From IMG/VR virus record IMGVR_UViG_3300008108_004834, positions 15,844 to 79,843 of that record: a stretch of DNA of 64,000 nt; one strand, 5' to 3'. Origin of the DNA: a virus. Of this stretch, positions 44,940-54,864 are shown in pieces; position 1 is the first letter of the stretch; each line of letters opens with the position of its first letter. The translations under genes and the position numbers were made by a program. The notes under the pieces are model-generated. The model worked only from the letters and a program-made list of their open reading frames with translations. It searched no databases and had not been told where the DNA came from.

Positions 44940-47900
44940 ATGGGTCTCTCACGTCTCGATAATTTTTTGAAGTCCGCAAGAGGAACTATTCTTTATGTTG
45001 ATCCAAACAGTCTTGATTCAACTGACAGCATTGAAAACTCAGGAAATAGTTTAACGAGACCTTTTAAAACTATTCAAAGAGCCTTAATTGAAGCAGCAAG
45101 ATTTTCATATCAACGTGGTCCAGATAACGATAGATTTAATAAAACAACAATTCTTCTATACCCTGGCGATCATATTGTAGATAATCGTCCAGGATATATT
45201 CCTACTGGTTCCGGTACTTTTTCTTCTAGAGATGGTTCTACTGGTCTTTCGGATTTAGTTCAATGGGATTTGGATACTAGATTTGATTTGACAGTATCTG
45301 ATAATACACTATACAAATTGAATTCCATTTATGGTGGGGTTATTATTCCTCGTGGAACCTCAATTGTTGGTATGGATCTTCGTAAGACTAGAATTCGTCC
45401 TACGTTTATTCCAAATCCAGAAAATGACAATATTGACAGATCTTGTGTTTTCCGCGTAACTGGCTCTTGCTATCTGTGGCAATTTACCCTTTTGGATGCA
45501 GATCCCAATGGAATCTGCTATAAAGACTATACGACAAATACATTTGTTCCTAATTTTTCTCACCATAAACTCGCTGGTTTTGAATATGCAGATGGAGTAA
45601 ATGGAGTTGAAATTAATGACGATTTCCTTAATGGAGGAAATGCAATTTCTACAACCAGAACTGATCTGGATATGTATTATGAAAAGGTTGCGCGTGTTTA
45701 TGGTCCTTCTTCTGGTAGAGAGATTGTTCCTGATTATGGTGACGGAGTAATTGATATTCAACCTGTTATAGACGAATATCGTATTGTTGGAACCAAAGGA
45801 AGATCAGTAGGAATCAGTAGCATCAGGTCAGGAAATGGTTCTACCGCAACAACTACAATTACAGTTGATCTTGCCGAGGCAATTGAAGACTTAAGTGTAG
45901 ATAGTCCTATTCAAATTTCTGGCGTTAGTGCTGCGGGATATGATGGACAGTATGTAATTTATAGCGTTCCAAGTACTACTCAAATAACATATCAAGTCCA
46001 ATCTCCACCTAAAAATGCACTTCCGGGCATTTCTGGTGCAACTTTAAATCTTACGATAGATACTGTTACTTCATCTTCTCCATATATCTTTAACATATCC
46101 TTACGTTCTGTTTATGGAATGTGCGGATTGCTTGCGGATGGTGATAAATCAACTGGATTTAAATCAATGGTTGTTGCTCAATATACTGGTATTGGGCTTC
46201 AAAAGGACGACAATGCGTTTGTGAAGTATGATTCTTTTGCTGGAGATTATGAAGATTCTACTACTGTAAGCAATCTTCATACAGATTCAAACTCAAGATT
46301 TAAACCGGAATATGAAAATTTCCACATTAAAGCAACTAACGATGCTTTCTTACAATTAGTTTCTGTTTTTGCAATTGGTTATGCTCAACATTTTGTGGCA
46401 GAAAGTGGTGGTGATATTGCAATTAATAACTCAAATTCAAATTTCGGAGCAAAATCACTAGTATCTTATGGATTCAAGAGAAATGCATTTGGTCAGGATG
46501 ATTATGGATATATCACACATATTCTTCCACCAAAAGAAATTGAATCTGATGCTGTTAGTATTGAATTTAATTCTTTAGATGTTGGATTAACTACTTCCAA
46601 ATCTGTAGGTGCAGCAACAACTAGCAGTCTTTATATCTACAATGAGACTGACCAGAATATTCCACCAAGAGTAATTATTGATGGATATCATATTGGTGCA
46701 AAAGAAAATGAACTCTTGACAGTTGAAGTTTTCCAAAATGGATTTACTACATCATATTCTTCAAGAGTAGTGATGCCTACTGGAACTTATAACTCAACTC
46801 AATCCTCATCAGAAAAAGTATTTACCGTAGGAAGAAGTTCCGCTGGAATTAACACTATTGTTTCAAATACCCTTACTCTTACTCAACCCCATTCCTTTAT
46901 AAATGGAGAATCAATTCGTATTCTTGCTGATAATGGACATTTACCTGACGGATTAAATTCAAATCAAACCTACTATGTAATCACCAAAGATTCTGCAACA
47001 GGAATTGGATCTGATCAAATTCGTATCGCTCAAACATTGAGTGATGCTCTCAATGGTTCTTCTTCCGGAAGTGCAATTCAGATTAACAATAAAGGAGGAA
47101 CCTTAAGTATTATAAGTAGAGTCTCTGATAAAAATGCAGGGGATATTGGGCATCCAGTACAGTGGGATACTAGTGGAAATTGGTATATTAATGTTGCAAC
47201 AGCAACAAATGGAATTTATGATGCCATGAATTCTTTGGGTGTTGCTGGATTAGGAAATGCAACCACAAGAACTTATGTAACTCGTAAACCTGATTCTAGA
47301 GGATTAATTGATACCCTTTATAGAGTTCGTTATGTTTTACCAAAAGATTCCCCAATTACATCAAGACCTCCTATTGATGGATATATTCTTCAAGAGTCTA
47401 ATAATATTATTGGAACTGGATCGGATGAAATTTCGCAACTTTACAATACTTCCGGATCTATTTCAAATTCCACAATATTAAGAAATCCAAAATTTATTGC
47501 GGATGCCTCTTGGTCTTCCAATGTAGTGACAATTACTTCTGAATTGCCACACGAATTAAGTGTTGGTGATCAAGTAGAAATTGATAATATATTGCCAGCA
47601 CTGTATAATGGAACTTACAGTGTCACTTCTATAATTGACAGGAAAAAATTTACTTACACTTTAACTTCCAGTCCAGGAACATTTGCAAGTAACACTTCAG
47701 CAAGAGATGAAGATCTTCCGTATTTTAGAAGAAAAAGATATACAAAAACTTATCAAGTTTATAGAACTCAAGAAATTCAATCATATATTCCAAATTCACA
47801 AGACGGAATATATTACTTAACTCTAATCAACCACTCAAATTATCCAACAGTAACTCCTTTTAGGGAACTAGGATTTGCGCAACCAGTTGAAAATCTTTAT

Positions 47901-50822
47901 CCACAATCAAACAACGACAATCCAAAATCCGATCCAGATTCATCAGTTTCTCACGCATTACCTGATCCTATCGGAAAGGTTGTAATTGATGACCCACAAA
48001 ATAGTATTACCAAAGAAACGTTAGAATCTTTTATTGTTGGATTTGGAATTACTAATATACAATCCACAAGTGGAACTTCCCACACAATCTTTACTACAAT
48101 TGATCATGGATTCTCTGGAATCACTTCAGTCAGTATTGTAAGTGGTGGAACTGCATATGGTAATGGTTCCTCAGGAAGTCTTTATAACGCACAATTAGTT
48201 GGATTTGCTGGATCAACTACTGGTTCAAATGCCACTGCAAAAATTACAGTCAATGGTTCTGGATCTATTACTAATGTCAAAATTATTGATAGTGGTTCTG
48301 CCTATGGCATAGGAAATACCCTAAGAGTTGTTGGAGTCGCAACAACTTCAGGATTTGTTGAGGGTGTTGTTACAGTTTCTGCGATCACTAATAATATTGG
48401 AGACACTATTCAGATTTCGGGAATTTCCTCAGCATCTAATTCCGATTACAATACTCTTTATAGAATTTCTGGAATTTCAACTGGAAAACCAAAAGAAATT
48501 ACTGCAGTATCCGCAAATACTGTTTCGGCATTTTCCGCATCTGGATTGGGATTAACCGTAACATCTAACGCAGAGTATATTCCAACAGGAAAAGCTATCG
48601 GAATATCTACATTCCTTTATGATTCAGTGACTGGACTCGCCACCGTTGGATTTACAACAAGCCACGGATTTTTAGTTAACAACAAAATAAGAATTGGTGG
48701 TGCAAATGAATTAACATTTAATAAAGATTTTATCGTTAAAAATATCAATAGTCTCACTTCAGTAGTCGCTAATATTGGAGTTGCAGTAACAAATACACCA
48801 ACAGGTGATTTGTATGCTTATCGTCCAATTTTCACTTCTTATGGTGGAGATTTAACTAAAGATACAGAAAGTACTTCTGGGCGTTTAAATTATGAGTATG
48901 CAGGAGTTACTGCTATTCTTAAAACCTCATATTTTACTGAGTATTCAGACCAGTTAACTAATCTTGAAATTGCAAATGCGGTTTCTCTTGGATTAAATCT
49001 CGGAGACTATTTGCTTATTAATAATGAGGTCTTTAGAATTAGAACTGCTGTTACTTCAGATTCGGTTTCAATCTTTAGGTCAATTCTTGGTTCTCCTAGA
49101 CAATCTCATATTTCTGGTTCTGTAGTACGCAAGATTAAGGTATATCCCGTTGAACTCCGTCGCAACTCTATTATTCGTGCTTCGGGACATACCTTTGAAT
49201 ATCTTGGATTTGGTCCAGGTAATTATTCTACTTCATTACCCGAAAAACAAAATCGCATTCTATCCAGTTCAGAAAAATTCTTAGCACAGGCAACAAAATC
49301 TGATGGAGGTATTGTTGTTTATACCGGAATGAATAGTGATGGAGACTTCTTTGCGGGCAATAAGAAAATTAACTCTGCCACAGGAAAAGAAGAATCTTTT
49401 GATACTCCAGTTCCAACAATTACTGGGGAAAAAGAATCAAATTCTATTGTAAATATTACAGATACTCAAAAATTATTTGTAGAGTCTTCATTAAAAGTTG
49501 AAGGCGGAAAGGATAAAAATTCAATATCAGAATTTGATGGTCCTGTTATTTTCAACAATAAAGTCACTTCAAACTCTGATATTGAAGCAAATTCAATACT
49601 TCTTCAGGGAGAAGAGAAGGTATCTAGAAAAATTAGTATATCAAATGAAGAACCAACAATTTCTTCAACCTATGGAGATATTATTTTCAACTCCGAACCA
49701 AGCAAATATGACTTTATTGGTTGGACATATGTAACAGAAAATAAATGGGAACCATTTGGTTTTGTTGGTGGTCAAGGCGTAGGAATTTCTTCCGGTGGGG
49801 ATTATGTTGGATTTGCAACTCTCGTAGATCTTGTTGCAATTGGATTTACATTTAATGTAGATTATGACAATAATACTGGAATAAGTACTCTTACTTTTGA
49901 TGCAGATCCAAGAGTTGCTATTTCCACCGGAGCATTGAATACTATCCTAGGAAGAGTACAACAATTAAACTTTGTTGGAGCAGGAATTACTTTAACTGGA
50001 GACAGTACCAGTGGTATTGCAACTATCAATATTCCTGTAGTGGCTGTTGGAGGGACAATTGCAGGAACTCCCTATAATTCTCTTCAGTGGAATGATAATG
50101 ACAAGTTTTCTGGAGTTCCTATTACAATATATGACGATATTAATAATTTATTAGTTTTTGGTGATTATAGTTCATACGTCAATACTGATATCTCCAAGTC
50201 AATAGTCTTTAATAATGCAGGTAGTGTAGGATTTGCGTGTACTTTACCAACTGCAAAAATTGAAATTGTTGCAGATAATGAAACTTCTATTTACATCAGA
50301 TCAACAAGTGGAAGTGACATTATTAAAGTTGAGAATACTTCCGACGATACTACGCCATTTATTATTGACGCAAATGGAAATGTTGGTATTAACACGGGAG
50401 CAACAATTGCTCCACTTGATGTATTTGGAAATGCTGCTGTTACTGGTCAGATCCGAATTTACAAATCGGATAGAACCAATTATATTGGATTAGGTGTAAG
50501 TTCTCTAGCCTCAGATCTTAATTTTACGCTTCCAAATTCATATGGTTCTTCCGGACAAGTTCTTTCTACATCTGGTTCAGGAGTTCTTATCTGGAAACAA
50601 ACATCTAACCAAGAAGTAGTTGCTGGTGCCGGTATTACAATTACATATGTAACGGTAGGAACCGGACTTACAGTAGCAACAATTAGCAATTCTGGCGTGA
50701 AGAGTTTGTCTGCAGGTAGTGGTATTTCTATTACTGGAACAGAAGGAAACTATACAATTACAGCAACTCGCGATGCATCACCATATCCATATACAACTAC
50801 TGGATTTGGAATGATTATTTAA
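44940..50822 (+). CDS. Very large virion structural protein (baseplate/fibre-associated)
   Basis: 1960 aa; MGLSRLDNFLK...RPFKTIQRALIEAARFSY; Ser/Thr/Gly-rich beta-repeats. Confidence 0.8.
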   Translation: MGLSRLDNFLKSARGTILYVDPNSLDSTDSIENSGNSLTRPFKTIQRALIEAARFSYQRGPDNDRFNKTTILLYPGDHIVDNRPGYIPTGSGTFSSRDGSTGLSDLVQWDLDTRFDLTVSDNTLYKLNSIYGGVIIPRGTSIVGMDLRKTRIRPTFIPNPENDNIDRSCVFRVTGSCYLWQFTLLDADPNGICYKDYTTNTFVPNFSHHKLAGFEYADGVNGVEINDDFLNGGNAISTTRTDLDMYYEKVARVYGPSSGREIVPDYGDGVIDIQPVIDEYRIVGTKGRSVGISSIRSGNGSTATTTITVDLAEAIEDLSVDSPIQISGVSAAGYDGQYVIYSVPSTTQITYQVQSPPKNALPGISGATLNLTIDTVTSSSPYIFNISLRSVYGMCGLLADGDKSTGFKSMVVAQYTGIGLQKDDNAFVKYDSFAGDYEDSTTVSNLHTDSNSRFKPEYENFHIKATNDAFLQLVSVFAIGYAQHFVAESGGDIAINNSNSNFGAKSLVSYGFKRNAFGQDDYGYITHILPPKEIESDAVSIEFNSLDVGLTTSKSVGAATTSSLYIYNETDQNIPPRVIIDGYHIGAKENELLTVEVFQNGFTTSYSSRVVMPTGTYNSTQSSSEKVFTVGRSSAGINTIVSNTLTLTQPHSFINGESIRILADNGHLPDGLNSNQTYYVITKDSATGIGSDQIRIAQTLSDALNGSSSGSAIQINNKGGTLSIISRVSDKNAGDIGHPVQWDTSGNWYINVATATNGIYDAMNSLGVAGLGNATTRTYVTRKPDSRGLIDTLYRVRYVLPKDSPITSRPPIDGYILQESNNIIGTGSDEISQLYNTSGSISNSTILRNPKFIADASWSSNVVTITSELPHELSVGDQVEIDNILPALYNGTYSVTSIIDRKKFTYTLTSSPGTFASNTSARDEDLPYFRRKRYTKTYQVYRTQEIQSYIPNSQDGIYYLTLINHSNYPTVTPFRELGFAQPVENLYPQSNNDNPKSDPDSSVSHALPDPIGKVVIDDPQNSITKETLESFIVGFGITNIQSTSGTSHTIFTTIDHGFSGITSVSIVSGGTAYGNGSSGSLYNAQLVGFAGSTTGSNATAKITVNGSGSITNVKIIDSGSAYGIGNTLRVVGVATTSGFVEGVVTVSAITNNIGDTIQISGISSASNSDYNTLYRISGISTGKPKEITAVSANTVSAFSASGLGLTVTSNAEYIPTGKAIGISTFLYDSVTGLATVGFTTSHGFLVNNKIRIGGANELTFNKDFIVKNINSLTSVVANIGVAVTNTPTGDLYAYRPIFTSYGGDLTKDTESTSGRLNYEYAGVTAILKTSYFTEYSDQLTNLEIANAVSLGLNLGDYLLINNEVFRIRTAVTSDSVSIFRSILGSPRQSHISGSVVRKIKVYPVELRRNSIIRASGHTFEYLGFGPGNYSTSLPEKQNRILSSSEKFLAQATKSDGGIVVYTGMNSDGDFFAGNKKINSATGKEESFDTPVPTITGEKESNSIVNITDTQKLFVESSLKVEGGKDKNSISEFDGPVIFNNKVTSNSDIEANSILLQGEEKVSRKISISNEEPTISSTYGDIIFNSEPSKYDFIGWTYVTENKWEPFGFVGGQGVGISSGGDYVGFATLVDLVAIGFTFNVDYDNNTGISTLTFDADPRVAISTGALNTILGRVQQLNFVGAGITLTGDSTSGIATINIPVVAVGGTIAGTPYNSLQWNDNDKFSGVPITIYDDINNLLVFGDYSSYVNTDISKSIVFNNAGSVGFACTLPTAKIEIVADNETSIYIRSTSGSDIIKVENTSDDTTPFIIDANGNVGINTGATIAPLDVFGNAAVTGQIRIYKSDRTNYIGLGVSSLASDLNFTLPNSYGSSGQVLSTSGSGVLIWKQTSNQEVVAGAGITITYVTVGTGLTVATISNSGVKSLSAGSGISITGTEGNYTITATRDASPYPYTTTGFGMII

Positions 50823-51310
50823 TTTCCATCTTCTTTAATTGCTACAATATTGTAGGCTCCACAAATGGCACTAAACGTTTGACCTGGAGCCAAAAATATT
50901 TCCAAAGGCAATGCAACCGAAAGAGAAAATCCAGAAATATTATCTACAGAGAAAAGCCACCTTCTAAAACCTCTTCTGGTTTTAGTAAACTCCACTTCTG
51001 TTACAGGTAATCTGATGGCTGCATTTTGTGTACTTAAAGTTGCTCTTGGATTTAGGTTATATCCTTTAGCAAACCACCATCTCCAAAGAGTAAATGGAGA
51101 CCAGAAGTAATCTCCATAGAATGCGTTAGCACAAGCAATATTTTTTCCAATAGATTCTACATCAGATTCAGATATACTAATTCCTGCCCAATTCATAGTA
51201 ATATCTCCATTTACAGTGGAATCCATAAAATTAATTACAATTCTCACATTTTGTCCAGTGTTATTTGTATATGTTGGATTACTATTTCCACTCAATACTT
51301 GTGATGCCAT
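50819..51310 (-). CDS. Hypothetical protein
   Basis: ORF track; driven by a palindromic late promoter. Confidence 0.7.
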   Translation of the reverse strand: MASQVLSGNSNPTYTNNTGQNVRIVINFMDSTVNGDITMNWAGISISESDVESIGKNIACANAFYGDYFWSPFTLWRWWFAKGYNLNPRATLSTQNAAIRLPVTEVEFTKTRRGFRRWLFSVDNISGFSLSVALPLEIFLAPGQTFSAICGAYNIVAIKEDGN

Positions 51311-51335
51311 ATAAATTCTCTGAATGATTTTTTAT

Positions 51336-51347
51336 TATTTATAAATA
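51336..51347. promoter_or_regulatory. Back-to-back T4 late promoters in one palindrome
   Basis: TATTTATAAATA reads TATAAATA on both strands, between divergent genes. Confidence 0.75.
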
Positions 51348-51374
51348 ACTAAAACAGGTAGGCGCTCTCCACCT

Positions 51375-51878
51375 ATGGCAATTCAAAAGAACTTTGTCAT
51401 CAAAAATGGATTAGAGGTCAATAGTAATCTTATTTTTGCTGATACAAATTCCAATAAAGTTGGTATTGCAACAACTTCTCCGCAATATACTTTGCACGTT
51501 AATGGGGGAATAGGAGCAACTTCTTTAAATGTAACTGGAGTTTCCACAGTTAATTCATTAAGCATTAACGGCACTTTAAGTGTAGGGAATAGTACTGGAA
51601 CAAGTAATCAATACTTAGCATCCATCGGAACTGGTGTAACCTGGAAAAATGTAGTAGTTCCAAGAACATCCACTGTTTATTCTGCAGGTATTGGTTCTAC
51701 TTCATTCTCCGCATCATATTCTGTAGGGTTAATTGATGTGTATATAAATGGAGTGAGATTAGTTCCTCCACCATCTTCTTATGCAGAATTTACTGCGTCT
51801 AACGGAACTTCCATACTATTGAATGATCCTTGTTTTGGTGGTGAAATTGTAGAATTAGTTGTTTATAATTCACTCTAA
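51375..51878 (+). CDS. Tail fibre-related protein
   Basis: KNFVIKNGL, VGIATTSP, DVYINGVRL. Confidence 0.7.
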   Translation: MAIQKNFVIKNGLEVNSNLIFADTNSNKVGIATTSPQYTLHVNGGIGATSLNVTGVSTVNSLSINGTLSVGNSTGTSNQYLASIGTGVTWKNVVVPRTSTVYSAGIGSTSFSASYSVGLIDVYINGVRLVPPPSSYAEFTASNGTSILLNDPCFGGEIVELVVYNSL

Positions 51879-51890
51879 GAGGAACTTAAA

Positions 51891-53174
51891 ATGGCACAAA
51901 AAAATAGAGAACTTTCACAATTTAGTTCCTTTTTAGAGGTTGATAATTCTAATCAAAATATTGGAATTGCTACTACAGCAACTCCTTATATTGGAATTGG
52001 AACTACAAATCCATCCGCAAAACTCACTGTTGTAGGTGATACAAATATTTCTGGAATTATTTCTGCTTCCGGATATTATCTAAATGGAATTCAATTAGTA
52101 AGTGCTGCACTTCAAACTTGGGAAATTTCCGGATCTGATGTATACAGAAGTGCTGGAAATGTTGGTATAGGAACCACAATACCTGCAGCGAAACTTCAGG
52201 TTATTGGAAATATCAATTCAACAACATATACTTCTACTGTTTCAACAGGAACTGCACCATTAGTTGTAAGTTCTACAACTCAAGTAAGCAATCTAAATGC
52301 ATCACTTTTAGCGGGAAAATCTGCACCTTCCGGAGATCTTGTAGGTACTAGTGATGAGCAAACTCTTACTAATAAGACTCTAACAAGTCCAAAAATATCT
52401 TCAATTATTAATGGTACTTTCACTTCAACATTACCATCAGTAAATGGAACTTTAGTTAGTACCGGATCTACTGGAGTTGTGACCTCCAATATGATTGCAG
52501 ATTTGAATATTGTAAATGCAGATGTGGCAGTTGGTGCAGCAATTACTTACGGCAAATTATCGCTTTCCAATTCTATTTTAGCATCAGATATTGTAACTGG
52601 TGCCGGAATTACTTATGGCAAATTAAATCTAACAGGATTTGTTACCAATTCTGATATTGCCACTAACGCGGGAATTTCAACTGGAAAATTATCTGCATTT
52701 ACTATTTCTGGAGTTCCTCTTGGAAGTAATCTTGCAACATTAACTTTTGGAACTTATATGACTGGCACTTCTTATAATGGAAGTACTGGTGTTACTATTG
52801 CAACCAATGCAACTAACTCAAATACACCATCAACTATTGTTGCTAGAGATGGAAGTGGAAACTTTACTGCAGGGACGATTACTTGTACGGATTTAAATTC
52901 AACTTCGGATATTAATTTGAAGAAGAATGTTGAAACATTTGAAAATTCGCTATCTGTTATTTCACAATTGAGAGGAGTCAATTTTACTTGGAAATCAAAT
53001 GATAAGCAATCTATCGGTGTAATTGCACAAGAACTTGAGGAAGTTCTTCCCCAATTAGTTGCTACTTCAGATAATAAGTCTGTAAATTATAATGGTCTAA
53101 TTGGTGTTTTGATTGAAGCAGTAAAAGAATTATCTGCAGAGGTTGATCAACTTAAGCAACAACTAAATAAGTAA
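51891..53174 (+). CDS. Tail fibre with C-terminal S74 intramolecular chaperone
   Basis: GIGTTNP repeats, QTLTNKTLT; TSDINLKKNV...GVIAQE...VNYNGLIGVLIEAVKEL. Confidence 0.88.
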   Translation: MAQKNRELSQFSSFLEVDNSNQNIGIATTATPYIGIGTTNPSAKLTVVGDTNISGIISASGYYLNGIQLVSAALQTWEISGSDVYRSAGNVGIGTTIPAAKLQVIGNINSTTYTSTVSTGTAPLVVSSTTQVSNLNASLLAGKSAPSGDLVGTSDEQTLTNKTLTSPKISSIINGTFTSTLPSVNGTLVSTGSTGVVTSNMIADLNIVNADVAVGAAITYGKLSLSNSILASDIVTGAGITYGKLNLTGFVTNSDIATNAGISTGKLSAFTISGVPLGSNLATLTFGTYMTGTSYNGSTGVTIATNATNSNTPSTIVARDGSGNFTAGTITCTDLNSTSDINLKKNVETFENSLSVISQLRGVNFTWKSNDKQSIGVIAQELEEVLPQLVATSDNKSVNYNGLIGVLIEAVKELSAEVDQLKQQLNK

Positions 53175-53193
53175 AAGCCGAGTGTAAACGAAG

Positions 53194-54174
53194 ATGGCGA
53201 TTAAGATTAATAATAATACAGTTATTGATGATAGTCAAAATTTTATTGGCGTTGGTCTGACTCTTACTGGGCCCATTTACATTAGTGGTTCTCCAGGTTC
53301 TTCTGGTCAAGTTATTAAATCTACTGGTTCTGGTCTTCAGTGGGCAGATGATAATACTGGAGGTGGAGGAGCTGGAGGATCTGGGTCTGGTTCTTTTGAT
53401 TCTGGAATTACAACGTCAGTATTTGTTTCTGTAACTTCAGGTATTGCAACAGGTATTGGAACCGCAGGTATTTCCACCGCATTATCGCAAACTACCCGAA
53501 ATAATGATATTTTTATTGGACCAGGAATTGCATTTTCTTTTCCAAGTACTGTAGGCGTCAAGTATGTAATAGAATCAATACATTTGACAAATACTTTCGC
53601 AAATGAACTTTATGTTTCAGGAAGACAAGATTATAATGGAGGAAGAAATATTCCAATTGCAAATAAAGTTATAGTACCTTATCAAGGTGCAACCGAACTA
53701 CTAGAACAACCTGCAATTGCTTCTCCTTCAGACATTATTCGCCTCCAAGCATTTACTGGAATTGGTTCAACTGCATCTGGTATTGATGGTGGTATTGATG
53801 GATTTATAGTATACTCCAGAAAATCCGATACCAAGTATGTTGGAATTGGTTCAACAGTTACAAATGCATCTGGTCAAGAAATTTATACTGCATCCACATA
53901 TCAAACAGTATTACAATCTATACGATTAGTCAATTACAATAATAATATAGATGTTGATACTTCAGTATCCATTTATAGGGGAGGAACGGTAGGTGGCATT
54001 TTAACTACGGGCGTAAGGCAAGGATACTTAGCATACAATTTAACAGTGCCAAGGAATAGTACAGTTGAAATTTTAGAACAACCAAAATATCTTGCAATTA
54101 GAGACTCAATTGTTGTTGGTGCGGCTGCATCTAATTCAATTGCAATTCACATCGCTGGATTGGGTTATACATAA
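53194..54174 (+). CDS. Fibre-associated structural protein with two internal beta domains
   Basis: Duplicated motif ESIHLTN...ELLEQP / QSIRLVN...EILEQP. Confidence 0.65.
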   Translation: MAIKINNNTVIDDSQNFIGVGLTLTGPIYISGSPGSSGQVIKSTGSGLQWADDNTGGGGAGGSGSGSFDSGITTSVFVSVTSGIATGIGTAGISTALSQTTRNNDIFIGPGIAFSFPSTVGVKYVIESIHLTNTFANELYVSGRQDYNGGRNIPIANKVIVPYQGATELLEQPAIASPSDIIRLQAFTGIGSTASGIDGGIDGFIVYSRKSDTKYVGIGSTVTNASGQEIYTASTYQTVLQSIRLVNYNNNIDVDTSVSIYRGGTVGGILTTGVRQGYLAYNLTVPRNSTVEILEQPKYLAIRDSIVVGAAASNSIAIHIAGLGYT

Positions 54175-54200
54175 TATAACGATTTAAAAATGGAGTGATT

Positions 54201-54860
54201 ATGTCGGTATTAATTGCAATGCCTTGCTATGGTGGTATGGTTAGCGATAAGACTGCAAAGGGTCTTTTTAATCTTGGAAAAGAATTAAGAACTGCAGGAG
54301 TAGATCACGGATTGATTACCATTGCCAACGAAAGTCTTGTCACAAAAGCGAGATCTAGAATTGCCAATTTCTTTATAAACAATACAGAATATGAATACAT
54401 TCTGTTTATTGATTCTGATATTGGATTTACTCCAGAAGATGTATTTAAATTGTTTCAAAGTAATAAAGAAATTACTTGTGGAGCATATCCAATGAAGGGT
54501 ATTCCTCTTCGTTATAATTATAATATCTCTAAACCAGAGGTGAAAGATGGTGATCTAATTAAGATTGAAAACATTGGATTTGGATTTGCTCTGATTCATC
54601 GTAAGGTTTTTGAGAGTATTATCTCTAAATATGGAGAAGAGTTAAAATATTATCCACCAACGAATAATAGTTCTTATCCTCCTACAGAAAAAGAATATCA
54701 TAATTCTTATCATTATTTCTTAGAATTGAAAAAAGATATGAACTATCTACCAGAAGATTTTTCATTTTTTGAAAGAGCAGGAAGCGTTGGATATGATGCT
54801 TGGTTAAATACTACTATAAGATTGGCACACGTCGGTTCTCACGTATATCAGGAAGAGTAA
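54201..54860 (+). CDS. GT-A fold glycosyltransferase-like protein
   Basis: IAMPCYGG, ESLVTKARS, LFIDSDI (DxD), GFGFALI, EDFSF, HVG. Confidence 0.75.
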   Translation: MSVLIAMPCYGGMVSDKTAKGLFNLGKELRTAGVDHGLITIANESLVTKARSRIANFFINNTEYEYILFIDSDIGFTPEDVFKLFQSNKEITCGAYPMKGIPLRYNYNISKPEVKDGDLIKIENIGFGFALIHRKVFESIISKYGEELKYYPPTNNSSYPPTEKEYHNSYHYFLELKKDMNYLPEDFSFFERAGSVGYDAWLNTTIRLAHVGSHVYQEE

Positions 54861-54864
54861 TTAA

